Assembly: GCF_001194135.2 (NCBI RefSeq)
Contig: NC_068981.1
Span: 66,030,601 to 66,094,600 of the forward strand
Origin: Octopus bimaculoides
Lineage: Eukaryota
Direction: 5' to 3'
DNA length: 64,000 bases
The notes under the pieces are model-generated. The model was not told the origin of the DNA and did not search any database. It saw only the letters and a program-made list of their open reading frames with translations. Shown piece by piece: positions 37,453 to 51,226 of this stretch. A program made the position numbers and the translations under genes. Each line of letters opens with the position of its first letter. Position 1 is the stretch's first letter.

Positions 37453-37984
37453 ATATATTTGAAAATCAAAGGAATCATTAGATTGTATGAACAATAATTT
37501 TGATAGAGTTAATGGTAAATAAAACTATTTATTCTTAAATTATTATTATTACTTGTGAGAATATGAAATGCCAATATAGCATTTTAATTAACTATGAATT
37601 ATTTTCAAAGTCAATTAGTCATTACTTCTAGTTTTAACAATCACTAATTTCTAATTAATATAATTTATACTATTAATCATAGTTAGTGTTTATCATGTAC
37701 CACGTGATCATGATGAATTCAGTTTGATTATGATACAGTAGCTGCATTCTACATCATCAAGATTTGTGCACAATATATTTTTTATTATAATAATAAGAAG
37801 AGGATACAAAAGGATAATATTTAAGGAGTATATTAATATTTACGAAATTATATCTATTATCCAATAAATATTTACTATATTTCACTTTGATATTTTTATT
37901 TTAATATAGTTATCATTTTTTATAATGAAATACCTACTTATATCTATTAGATAATTAATTTATAATTTTAGTAACTTTTTATTT

Positions 37985-38600
37985 TAGCTGTAATTTTCAA
38001 ATATATATTTGTAGGCATGCACACAGGATAACCCACTCTCCCTTTTACTGTTAAGAAGTCTACATTTAGAAGTTAAAATTTGAAAAATATTGACACAAAG
38101 ACTACAATGAATATTTCCAATTTTATGGGAATTAATATGGCTTATGGTTTCCCACTTTAGGTTATACTTTTTATTTTTGTTCTTTAAGTCCCAAATAAAT
38201 TTGCTTAGATTGGTACAAGATAATTTATTTCTATTTCTAAAACTGCATTTTTTGGTTAGCAATTCACTTTTTTATGTAATTTTCCATTGATCCAATATAA
38301 AAATAGTTTTTCCCTTGGATTCCACTTTACATTTATATACTACATTTTTTTACTTGCAATAATTTTTAAACAAACAGTTATCTTTAAATTTGTAATCACA
38401 ATATATATTTTTATTTTTATTTTTATTTTCTTTCATAGAATTAAATTCAGTATTATTATTGTTCATAAGTGTTAGTTTCTTGGTTAAGGTGGGATCCAAT
38501 GTGGGTTGTTTCCTTTGTACTTTAGATGGTTTATTAGCACATTCACTATAATCAGAATCATCTATGTTGTCCTGTAATGTATTGGTACTAAATTGAGCCA
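37985..38600 (-). mobile_element. Penelope-like element, GIY-YIG endonuclease remnant
   Basis: CDYKFKDNCLFKNYCK*KNVVYKCKV...YIGS...SFRNRNKLSCTNLSKFIWDLK...LKW...CSLC...LLNSKRES..SCVH matches Penelope VIY..YIG..SF..T.LS..IW.LK..W..C.LC..LN.R.E..C.H; frameshifted. Confidence 0.75.
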
Positions 38601-38915
38601 TATTACTCAATTATATTACTTAGGTTTTCGCAAGCAAAGTTTAGTGTCCAATGAAGGAAAGGTACGCATAAGTGGGCTATTGCTTATATCATACGAAAGA
38701 TTGCTTTGGTCCAATGGAAGAATATCTGGCATGTTTAAAAAAGATGAGGGTTTGAGTCACACAGGCAGCCTTCATATTTTTCTATCTAAAAGCACTTAAC
38801 CTAATATTTACATGCTTTTAATTATAGCTTTATCTACTTTGAGTCCTACAGTTAAAAACAAATTATTACATGTCCTCTCAAAGTTTCTAAATTCTTATAA
38901 TGTAAACCATTTATG

Positions 38916-38946
<31 letters not shown>

Positions 38947-39234
38947 GTATGTACGTACCTATGTATGTATGTATATGTGTGTGTATGTAAGTATGTATGT
39001 AATGTATATATGTATGTGTGTGTATATATATATATATATACATACATACATAAATACACATACACACACACACACATATAATCATCTAACGTTTGATTTT
39101 CCATGCTCGCATTGGTCAGATAGACTCATGTGTTTCGTGTGTGCGTGTGCATGCATTTATGCATGTGCATTAAATTCCAGGCCTAGTACATATGTTAAAA
39201 AACAATTACTATCATTATCATGACCATGATCATG

Positions 39235-39294
<60 letters not shown>

Positions 39295-39769
39295 GACTGA
39301 GAGAGCAGTGCATGCTATTAAAGTGACACTGGGATAAAATTTATGAAGCCCAGTATACTCATCATGACTGCCTGTCTGATGAGGGCACACTGGACACACG
39401 CATCACAACCATATGTGCACGACACAGTGATCTCATATCAAGATAAACAGTGCATGACCTTGCAGGTGGGGTCCAGTTAGAATTTTCTTCAGGCTAAGTA
39501 GCCTAATCTGTTCAAATCGTTTATGGATAATGGTTGTTTAAAGATGTTGAACGAAACACTCATGTCTCCAGAGGTTAAATGTTCAAATTCCAAAGAATTC
39601 CTCTCAACACATAGGTATGATGTTTTCTCACTACTTCTGCTCCTGATCAGAGATGCATGAAAAAACATGCCCAACTGGTTAATGTCAAATAACTGACAAA
39701 TGAATCTGTGGTATTGAGCAGAATATTTCCTGTAACCCATCTTTTATACCAAGACAAAACAATGTACAT

Positions 39770-39900
39770 GATAACATGAGAGCCAGGGCCTGGTACTGCA
39801 TCAGGGCATATCATCTTCCCCCTCCTCCTCTCCTCCTCCTCCCCCTCCTCCTCCTCCTCATCATCATCATCATCATCATCATCATCACCATCACCATCAT

Positions 39901-39980
<80 letters not shown>
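39770..39980. repeat. Compound trinucleotide microsatellite (CCT)n(CAT)n(ATT)n
   Basis: Directly visible. Confidence 0.95.
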
Positions 39981-39983
<3 letters not shown>

Positions 39984-40929
39984 TTGTTGAAGTATGCAGA
40001 CATCTCTAGAGATTACTCTGAGAGAATTGGATTGCTACCAAATATTGTATCACAGTCTGTTTTTTTTCTCTTTCTTTTTTTAATTATTGTGCAAATAGAG
40101 GGCTTTGAAATTTTTGGATATGTATCCAACTATCTGGACATATATCCAACTATTTAAAATAGCAGACAAAAAATGTCTAGTACTTTAGAGATATTTAAAT
40201 TTTTTTACTCCGTGTTTACATTCATTTCTATATGGCCCCTGGTTCTAAAGCAGCAGGAAATGTCACCAGAATTCAACAGAATAATCAGACGCATACATTT
40301 TGTCAAATGAAAATATCATTTACATTACACAAAAGGCACTGACAACAGTAACAACAAAAACAAGAACACTTTTGCTATTGGTTATGATCAAAGTGAAGTG
40401 TTTGACATTATTCATCTCAGCTGATGGAAGGAAAATGACAGCAATGTATCGCTGAAGAAAATGCTTCTATGCCTAAAGAATTTATTCAAGAATGGGCAAG
40501 AAGTAAGTTGACTTATCCCTGTTTTGCAAATGAGAGGTAGATTTTCAATTGTCCTCAAAAGTAACAACTGAGGACTGCCACAATTCTAAGTGACACATAG
40601 AAAAGCATTTCATCTGCTGATTTTAAGCAGGGCATATAGGAATGTGTGTCTGATCTTGAAGACTAAAGACAAGGCGACAAAATAAGTAGAGATAGTGCAC
40701 TTCATACTACTGTTCATCACAAACAACACAATATGAGGGTTACAGTAAAGAACATTACAGTGACCTTCATGTTGTGTTGTCCGTGATGTAGTACAGGTAG
40801 GACGAGGTGCAAGCTGATGAGACATGAAATGACATGCAATTGAGTGGGTTGGCATGGACATGCAAATCCTGATGATCCCTGAAAACCACAGAACAATCCA
40901 AAATCTATACTCCACTGTGGGTAAAGAAT

Positions 40930-41055
40930 GAATGGCATTAAGATTAGAGATGCAAGGTAGAAACTCCAGTTGTTATATGTGTAAGAGTAAGAACCATTTC
41001 AAGACTTTTTGCTCAGAGGAGTTGGAAAGACAGAGAATGAGAGAAATTGAGTAAG
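40930..41055 (+). mobile_element. Gag/ORF1-like CCHC zinc-knuckle remnant
   Basis: MALRLEMQGRNSSCYMCKSKNHFKTFCSEELERQRMREIE*, with an exact C-x2-C-x4-H-x4-C at 40971-41012; stop codons upstream. Confidence 0.5.
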
Positions 41056-41469
41056 AGCAAAGGCAGTAAGGATAACAGCAGTAGGTCATCGAAGCTGTTG
41101 TTTCTAGGTCATTACCAACTGGATCACTGGTTATAGCTGTGGGCTGTAGATCACTACCAACTGGAGCACTGGTTGTAAAAAAACTGCCACATTCTTAGTG
41201 CCAGAAGATGATGACCAAAGGTCAATTTCTTGGCCACAAATAGTAATATCACCCCATAATTCTGTGTCAATAAGGAGAGAATAGGCAATAAGCAACAGTG
41301 AGAAAGTTTGGGGAACAGTGGGAAAAAAACACATCCATGAAATAATTAAAAAGAAAGAGTAAATCTGACTCAAAAGAATGCAGAACATCTTATGGGAATG
41401 CATGAAGTTCACAGATTCTTGAAAAGGAACTTGAATGATTTTCAAGAAAATTTAGGCAAATTTTGAGGA

Positions 41470-41698
41470 CCGTTGCCAGTACCTCCTGATTGGCCTTCAT
41501 GCCAGGTGACATGTAAAAGCACCCACTACACTCTCGGAGTGGTTGGCGTTAGGAAGGGCATCCAGCTGTGGAAACTCTGCCAAATCAGATTGGAGCCTGG
41601 TGTAGCCATCTGGTTTCACCAGTCCTCAGTCAAATCGTCCAACCCATGCTAGCATGGAAAGCAGACGTTAAACGATGATGATGATGATGATGATGATA
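41470..41698 (+). mobile_element. RTE-LINE 3'UTR copy with (GAT)n tail
   Basis: Near-identical to 4430-4648. Confidence 0.85.
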
Positions 41699-42002
41699 TG
41701 GGCTCCTATTATGAGTATTATGTAAGAGAGAGGCTGCTGGTGAGAACTGTTATATGTTAACCACCTCAAGAATAATGGGCCTTTTTTTCTCAGCATTAAT
41801 TGTTTCAAAGTGTACATGCAGGTGTATTTGTTTATTCCCATATACAATTTGAGCAACAGTTAAATGAAAAGGGCTGTGGAGCACCCTTACTCAATCAAAT
41901 CAGTAATCTTTTGTATTTTATTTTCTTCCCGTTATATCTTGTTTTAATTATTGTGTTTTATCATACTTTCTTTTTTAATTTCTTTCTGTGCAAATAAATA
42001 TA

Positions 42003-42166
42003 GGCATAGGAGTGGCTGCGTGGTAAGTAACTTGCTTACCAACCACATGGTTCTGGGTTCAGTCCCACTGCATGGCACCTTGGGCAAGTGTCTTCTACTA
42101 TAGCCTCGGGCCGACCAAAGCCTTGTGAGTGGATTTGGTAGATGAAACTGAAAGAAGCCTGTTGTA

Positions 42167-42227
<61 letters not shown>

Positions 42228-42443
42228 ATATGTTTGTGTGTCCGTATTTGTCCTCCCAACATCGCTTGACAACTGATGCTGGTGTGTTTACGTCCCCGTA
42301 ACTTAGCGGTTCGGCAAAAGAGACCGATAGAATAGGTACTAGGCTTACAAAGAATAAGTCCCGGGGTCGATTTGCTCGACTAAAGGTGGTGCTCCAGCAT
42401 GGCCGCAGTCGAATGACTGAAACAATTAAAAGAGTAAAAGAGT
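42003..42443 (+). mobile_element. SINE family B, full-length young-looking copy
   Basis: tRNA-like head ggcataggagtggctgcgtggtaag...ggttcagtccc, central ggcaccttgggcaagtgtcttc block, internal (TA)n(TG)n, tail (aaagagt)n; retains many CpGs. Confidence 0.9.
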
Positions 42444-42946
42444 ATGTATGGAATGATGGATGGATATATATGTGCCTGCTTTTAAAATTTTAATATGCTC
42501 TTCTATATATTGAATAACATCTCTCACCAATTCATTTTCATATTTGTAAACTTCTCTTTCATACTCCAATTTCGCTTTTTTTTCTCTGTAACTTCCTGTA
42601 AAACTTATTTTTGCATCTCTTCAAGCCCTTGTGGCTAATAAACAAAAGATATATCATTGTTGTCATTGTCACCATCAGCTTCAGTGGTGGCGTCATCATT
42701 ATTGTTATCAATATTTATTCTTGCATTGAAAAACCTTGAATAGGATCACAATAATTCTTCATAATATTTCCCTTGAATGATTTCTTTAAATCATATTTCC
42801 TTAATTCAAAGACTTAGTTTTCTAAAACCTAACCACACTACCCTAACCCAAAACATTCTTCCTGAAATTACTTCTGCTCTATGCACTGTCTACTATAATC
42901 CTGAACATATTGAAATATGGACATTAAATAATGATAGTGGTGATAA

Positions 42947-42981
<35 letters not shown>

Positions 42982-44469
42982 NNNNNNNNNNNNNNNNNNN
43001 NNNNNNNNNNNNNNNNNNNNNNNNNNNNNNNNNNNNNNNNNNNNNNNNNNNNNNNNNNNNNNATATATGTATATATATATGTGTGCATATATATGTATGT
43101 GTATATATATATATATATGTGTGTGTGTGTGAACACACACACACATTTATCACAAACATATACAAATAATATATATAAATGCATATCAATGAAAGAACCT
43201 GAATACCATTGCAAAGCTCATTACAATTAAGAATCATTTTTCTATCAAACAACATCTTGCCATATGAAGAAAAAAATCATATTAGGTAATATAATCTACA
43301 ATTTCAGGTAATAAAAGGTTCAAGTGCAATGACTAGAATGCTTTTGATCATAAATACTGTGGAAGTCAAAGTAGGGAGAACTGTAGCTGTAAGAAAAGAA
43401 ATAACTCCATATTTTCTCAATATTTAGCTCAATATTTTTTTTCCCCATGCATTGATATTACTTCACACAATAAAATTGCTGACACCCATTGCTTTGTAAG
43501 ACTATTCTCCAAATCCTGACTATTTAATACATTGCTATTATTTTGACTTCCTTAGAAGTTTGAGAAATGGTAGATTGCTGAACAAAAGCCTTTAAAATGC
43601 TTAGAATAAATTCCGCTATAGGGACTTTGCTCTGCATCCCTTCTAAGTCGATAAAATAAATATAAATTATTTATTGGGTTTGATTCACTAGACCATACAT
43701 TAATATCTATTAATTCTGCTATTGCATGAATTTAAGACGCTTTTTTTTCTCCAAGGTGGCTATATGATTGAGAAGCTTGTTTCCAACTATGCAGTCTTAG
43801 ATTCAGTCCCACTGTGTGGTATTTTGATTAAGGGTCTTCTACTATAGCCCCCTTGTGAATAGCTTTGGTAAACAGAAGCTGAAAGAAACTTGCCTCTTTC
43901 CCACACAATTACATATACTTGATGGTCCTCTTTCAGTTTCTGTCCACAAAATCCATTCACAAGGCTTTGGTCAGCCCAAGGCTATAGTAGAAGACACTTG
44001 TCTAAGGTGCTATGCAATGGAACTGAACCCAGATCTATGCAGCTAGGAAGCAATCTTCTTACTACACAGCTACTCCTGCTATTGTCTAGATTGGCAAATT
44101 TCAATACACATGCCTAAGAAACAAAAGATTCAACTATTAACTGTTACCAAACCATTGGAACAGACCAAAGTCTATTAATAATTGATTGTTCAATGCTTAG
44201 TCTTTAAATGAGGCAATTACTTGCGAAAACTGATTTCCTTTAACCTTTTTCTTGAATATTTGAAGTGAATCTCAGCAGCTTAGTGATTATATTATTTGGT
44301 GAGAATTTCTTAATTCATGTAGTTAGGATGAAAGGTTTTTTTTTTTATGGAATTTCTGATACTTTTATTAATGCTAACAACAGCTGTTGGTGACAGAAAT
44401 TGCTTTAAATAATACTGAAATTGGGAAGTATCAAAGGAAAATTATACGAGAAATAGTAAAAGGATAAAT

Positions 44470-44478
44470 GAGACAGAG

Positions 44479-44543
<65 letters not shown>

Positions 44544-44870
44544 ATATTAGTAGAGAGAAAGAAAGGAGGAGGGGGAGTAGGTAGAATGAAAAGATGAGAG
44601 AGGAAGAGATAGAGAGAGAAATAGAGACTGAGAGAAAGGGAAAAAGAGAGAGATAGAGAGGATAGGAGAGAAAAGGAGAGAGGATAGGAGAGTGAAGGAG
44701 AGGAGGAGTGAGAGATAAAAAAGAAGAGAAGAGAGAGGGAAAGAAAGGAGGGAGAGAGAGAGAGAAAGGGGGAAGAGAGAAAGAGAGAGAGAGAGAAAGA
44801 CAATGAAGAAATGAATGGAGAGAGACAAGAAAGAGAAAGAGAAGAAGAATAGAGGGGAAGTAGAAGATAA
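44470..44870. repeat. Polypurine (GA)n tract
   Basis: ~400 bp almost purely A/G on the + strand; explains the S/L-rich minus-strand ORFs. Confidence 0.9.
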
Positions 44871-47800
44871 TCAAGAATTAGCGTTACAAGAGTAATATTG
44901 ATGACGGTGACAATGTCAATTTGATATTGGTTGTAGTGATAGTTGGAGCATCTATATTTTTGTTGACATCATCTTTATTTTGATAGAGTGTTGCACAAAA
45001 TACCTTGTGGTATTTATTCTTGCTCTTTATGCTTTGAGTTCAAATCCTGCTGAGATCATCTCTCCTATCCTCACTATCTCTCTCTCTTTTCTCTTTCTCT
45101 CACTCTCTATTTTTCTCTCTATCTCTTCCTCTCTCATCTTTTCATTCCACTCTTGGGAGAAGAACAAGGTTGATACTGGTCATCTTCATCTCAATAGATT
45201 GTCTCCTCTTCCAAAAACATTACTAGTGATGTAACAAAAGGACTGTATTTAAAATATGGAAGACATTGAGAATGTGTGGGATTACTTTTTCATTTCAACA
45301 AATCCTAGTGCTTTTATGCACCACAAGTTCATATGAAAGGTCCTCTCATGGTAAATAATGCAGTATTCTGTGTTCTAACACAACATCCACTTTAAGTAGA
45401 AGTAAAATATAATACCTTTTGGTATTAATACTGCTTCTGTTGCTGTTAATTGTCTTTTAATAATCCCACTGGCTATTTGCAACATCAGCACCTGAATAGA
45501 CACTGAGATTCTAGATATTGCTGACAGGAGAATCAGCTTCTATGTCTTGCCAGATGTCTGCCATTGACAAGGCCAAGAACGGCTGAAATCTCATGATCTG
45601 GCAGTACCAGCAGACATAGGGGATGATTCTTGCTCATAAGTGATATAAACATGAATGCTTTTATGCACCACAAGTCTATAAGAGAGGTTCTCTCATAGTA
45701 AATAATGCAGTATTATGTGTTCTAACACAACATCCACTTCAAGTTCATGATAAATAGATCCTAATATGTGATAAATTTGTTCATTCATCTTGCCTTACTT
45801 GCATGTCTCAAAATATTTTCAGTCACATGAATTTAGGAGTAATCCTATTATTGAAAAATATTACCATTCAGTGGGAGATCATAAGATCATGACTCTACAA
45901 AAGACAGAATTAAAATTGTTGCTCAAGGTGTTAGCAAAGAGGTTGATCCAAAAGATATTATGACTAACTGAACTACACACTCATAACATGAAAGAAAGAT
46001 ATATTTTTGCTAAGTAGACGGAGATATTGTTAAATAACCTGAAGTTACATGCTGCACCTACTAAGGTACAGCATGTAAGACTCTACACATAATCTATGCT
46101 TCTTATCTGTTTAGCTACCCATAAGCTATAAAAAGAACAAAAATCTAAACAGAGTGAAACATTATGTACTTTCAAAGACCAAAAAGGCTGCAGAAGGTGG
46201 TCATGATGTGTAACAAGATAAATGTTGAAGAATCGTTTCTCTCTTGATGAGTCGACTGAGAAAAAACAGCTACTAGTAAGAGATACAAAAGCTATATATG
46301 TCACCAAAACAACATAACTTTAGTTACCAAACACAAAATAAATGAGATAATTCCCCACCATACATAAAAACAATAATAAAGTAAGAAAAATAAATAAATA
46401 ATGAGGTTTTGTTAGCCAAAACACTAAGGTAATTAAGAAGCAGATAAGATAGGCATTAAGGAGCACAATAGACGTGCAATTCAAATATGAACCTTTCAAA
46501 TTCCAAGAAAAATGGCATCTTACTGAAATAGCTATAATTTCGTGAGGAATGTTTGTGTTAGTAGAGTTGGGCTTGATTCCATGCTCAGAAATATATGTCT
46601 GACTATTAGGCCATAACTCTTATAAGCCAATTATAACATAGCAAATATGATTAGTTGCTGATGCAACTAATTGTGTTTTGATTAAAGAATCAATTATTGT
46701 AACAAAGAAACCTAAATTTGGCTTAAGATTTCATCTAATAGATCAAAGACCAGCAAGTATGGCTCACGAAACTTCTTATTGCATCTAATTATATTATTGC
46801 AAAGCCTGCAAAATTAAAATGAAATAACAATTAACCTCTTCTCTTTTGCTATCATGCTTAGTTTTTAAAAAATTTAATCATGATTTGACCATCACTTCTT
46901 AAATAGCGTTAAGCAGAAATCACAAATAATCAATAGATGAGGAGATATAATATAATTAACAGAGCACAATTTAACCAATAGGAGTTATCAGTAGATGAAT
47001 ACATTATATGCACCCTTTTATTGGTTACTCCTATTATTATATAAGCACTTATTTTCTGGTCCATCTAATCACAGATGGAAGATATAGCCAGACAAAGTTA
47101 GAGGCACTAGGTAATATTTATTGAAGAAATCATTGATTTAAAACTGGACATCTGAAGGAAGATATTAATCTTATTCCCAACACTCATAATTCTTGTCTGT
47201 TTGATGGTGTTTAAAATCAAGTCAACTGTAATCACTGTACAGTGATGTCTTAAGGCATGAGCATACTAAGAAGTTGTGCAGGAATCCAAAGGGTCTGGGA
47301 ACCCAAAGAGTTTATGGGTCCAATTCTGATTTATGTATACTGTAATTTGGTGTCAGTAAATATATACTATAGGACCCTGTGCATTGATTTGTCCAAGGAC
47401 ATGTAATGTTACTAAGACAGCTTTGTCATTGTACAACAGCAGTACACAGTCAATAGCTATTTCTATGTAAGAGGCAATCTATATGTAAGTTGCTTGACCC
47501 GTTAGAAATTGTGATCAAATATTTCTCAAATCACTCCTTTTTTTACCTTTTTGGGCTTGCCAGTATGGTAAGTATGGTAAGTAAGTTATCATCTTCCTAC
47601 TCATTATCAACTGAAGTAAATATTAGACCACAGCAGATAAACCCAGGGATATCTAGTGATAATTTTCACTAACTTAGAAGATCTGACTATGAAGATGGCC
47701 TGACATCTCTCTCTGTCTTCAAAAAGAGATCATCTGCAAGAAGAAAACTGACAGGATGAGTCTCTTGGCTATGTACAAGTTTTATATACTTCATATATCT

Positions 47801-48131
47801 ATATATCTTTTGATATATTTTATTTATCTAGAATAGCTAATAGTACAGTTGTAACAGCAGATTTAATGTAATTTGAGAAGATGAAATGGCTGGCAATCTG
47901 TAGTAATCACTAATATGGTCATCAGTCAAGTAATAAATGAAGGTTCATGTTAAGCCAGTGAACCAGTTGTGCTTCTCCGACATACACTGATGTTTATATA
48001 TGTAACCATACTCATCAAGAGAAAATGTATTCCCAAAATTAATTCTAAAGCAATAGACCTGAAAAGAAGACAGGCTAGCTATAGCTGTGTTGCTGTTTGA
48101 ACAATGACAGTGATGGCGTTGCTGCTGCTAC

Positions 48132-48169
<38 letters not shown>

Positions 48170-50718
48170 CTGATAACTATGATTAATGTGAAACTAAAGA
48201 TGACAATAAGAACTAATTTGGGTAATTGATATCTTCTACATAAGCAAGCACCATTTTTAACTTCACTTTTATTAGCTTAAATATACTGTACTACTAATCT
48301 TTATGATGTTTTGTTGCGAAGTGTAGATTATGATGAAGTTGCTTTGGGAGATGAACACTCAACCTAATTTTGATACCTAACTCACCTCAAATATGTTGGT
48401 AATTTCTTTGAAAAACAATTTCCCAGGCTCTATAAATCTGTGGACTTTTGCATTCAGTATAAAATCAATCATTCTCTACCATGCCATGCTATCAAATTAT
48501 TTCTACAAGATAGTAAGACATGTTTGAAATAAATTTGATTATCATCAAATCAAATTCTTTCTTGAGAACTAATCTAGTGTTGAATTCAGAACAGATACAA
48601 ACAAATGAATCAAAGGTGAATAACCAAATTTATTTATACTTGCATTTAAATCTAATTTTAAAGCATATATATTCTGATTATGATTGTCAGCTCTTGATTT
48701 TCATGCCAATATCATCAATCTGTTATTCTTCTGTGATTTTTGTAATTCATGTAATATAACAAACAGTACATCAGTTTTCACTGATAACTATCTTTTCCTT
48801 TGGTCTAATAGAAAGGTAGGTGGAAAAGCCATTTTGACACTAGAGTAAGTAGAATGTATCTATACCGACAAAAATAGAAAAGAAATCTATCATAACTATG
48901 TAATCTATATTGGTTTCAAATTTTGGCACAAGACCAGCAATTTCGGGGGAGTGGGTATGTTGATTACATTGATCCCAGTGTTCAATCAGTATTTATTTTA
49001 TCAACCCTGAAAGGATGAAAAGCAAAATTTGAACTCAGAATTTGAACTCAGGCTGTTTGGGTTTTTTAATTTAACTCTTTTAATTCATTTAGGCTTTTGG
49101 AGATTTTATCAGTGATAAAGTTTCAAATCTGTACATGGTTAAAATTTTGCCTATGGGCCAGAGAATCTTCACTCTTGATCTCAAAAAAATCCACTACATA
49201 TTCCACTGTGCAACATGATTTTTGTCCTTGGGTAGCAACTGTTATTTCCTATTTGGTTACCCCAAGGAAGTATGAAAAATAGCTAATATTTCCTTCAAAC
49301 TTTGCTTTTGTTACTTTTATTTAAACCCCAAAGAATCCCTTTCAACACATGGCTATGATGCTCCACCACTACTCATGCTCATCATCAGAAATGCACATAT
49401 TGTCACCCACTATGAGACAAGCTCAAATAGTTAAGGTCAACCAACTGACAAACAAATCTGTGGTATTGAGCAGAATATTTTCTATAACAATATTTCTGCT
49501 TCAGCAACTCAGTGCTGAATCTGTCTAAAATGTAATGGGACATTGGTCTGTTTCAAAACATTGTTGTCCAGGTCACAAAATCAAAGTTTGAAGGGAATGG
49601 TAGTCATTTCTTTTGATTTCTAGGTAGAAGTAAATAGCAAATAACACTTACAAAGATAAGAAAAGAAGAAAATTAGAATTAAAATTTTGTTACTCAGCGT
49701 AATTCCTCACAATTTTATTTAATTAGCTAATGTAAGCTACTAAACATGATATATGTCACTAGTCTTATTTGTTGTTCCATCTTTTTCATTACACATGAGT
49801 TCACTTTGCAACTATGAAGTTCTGAGTTTGATTTATTTGAACAGTACCTTGAGCAAGAATCTTTTACCATAGCTTCAGGATGACTAAAATATTTTGTGAA
49901 TAAAGTTTGATAGACAGAAACTGCACAAAGGCCCATCATGTATTATCATCACTGACAACACCATTTAGTGTCCATGTTTCATGCTGGCATAGGTTGAATG
50001 ATTTGATAGAATCTGATAGGTCCAAGGATCACAATGTGCTTCAGTATCTGCTTTGGCTTGATTTCTACAGCAGGATGCCCTTCCTTATGCCAACCACTTT
50101 ACAGCATATACTGGTTGCTTTTTTCATGCCACTAGCACTGGTGAGATCATCATGCGGCTCACAAGGCTCTGAACCTGATGATGGTGTTGGCTTTACATTA
50201 GGAAATGTGGGGTTAAAGTATGAAAGAAGAAAGGGAAGAACAGGTTCTTGGAGAGGAGCTACATGGCTACATGTAGCTACATGGAAGAATATGTCTGTAT
50301 ATGTGCAATATCACTGAAGTATGTCAATAAAAGATGAAGATACTAATGAGAAAACTGGAGAGCCAGGACGTTTGAATAACAACATCCTGTATGGTATTTA
50401 TGCTGTGGCAAGTTGCACAGTTATTCACATTGTCAGATTTATGAGGATCAGTAATTTGTCTATTGTAAATCTGGAACTAACAGCACTATATATAAATATG
50501 ATATAAAATAAGAAAAAGTAAATATTTATAATATAGGCACATACTTGGCTGTGTGGTTAAGAAGCTCGCTTTGCAGCCATGTGGTTTTGTGTTCAGTCCC
50601 ATTGCACAGCATCTTAGGTTAGTGTCTTCAACTATAGTCCCGGAGCAACCAATGCCTTGTGAGAAACTTTGGTGGACAGAAACTGTGTGGAAGCCTGTCA
50701 TGTATATTTGTACATATG

Positions 50719-50944
50719 TATGAGGGGGTGCTGAAAAGTTCCTGGTTTTAGTGGCAAAAGGCCTGGTTGGAGGCCCAACCTTCGAAGTTCTTTTATAGGG
50801 CTTAGAAAAACTGAAGGACTGCTGTCATAAGTGTGTTAATCTGAGAGGAGAATATGTTGAATAAAATCATAATTAACTGATTCTCCTGTGTTTTCTTTTT
50901 TTTTCTTTTACCCAAAGCCAGGAGCTTTTTAGCACATTCTTGTA
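50719..50944. mobile_element. mariner-derived MITE
   Basis: TIRs tatgagggggtgctgaaaagttcctgg / ccaggagctttttagcacattcttgta with TA ends; internal EKLKDCCHKCVNLRGEYVE* resembles the mariner C-terminus. Inserted in the microsatellite of a family B SINE. Confidence 0.75.
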
Positions 50945-51226
50945 CAAGTGTGTGTGTGTGTGTTATGTCTGTCTGTTTGTCTGTTTGTCTTTGTGTTTGT
51001 GAAACTATTTTTGCTTGACAACCAGTGTTGGTTTCTTCATATCCCCATAACTTAGTAGCTAATCAAAAGAAAGTTGTAGAATAAATATCAAACTTAAAAA
51101 TAAATTCTGTTGCCAATTTGTGTAACTAAACCCTTTAAGGTGTGTCCCAGCATGGCTGCAGTCCAATGACTAAAGCAAGCAATAAATAAAAAAATAAATG
51201 TAATTTCTTTATATTCATTATCTTGA

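Noticed and set aside
40431-40512. Plus-strand AG...GTAAGT bounded 82-nt segment
   Set aside because: Stop codons in all three frames; no support without transcripts.
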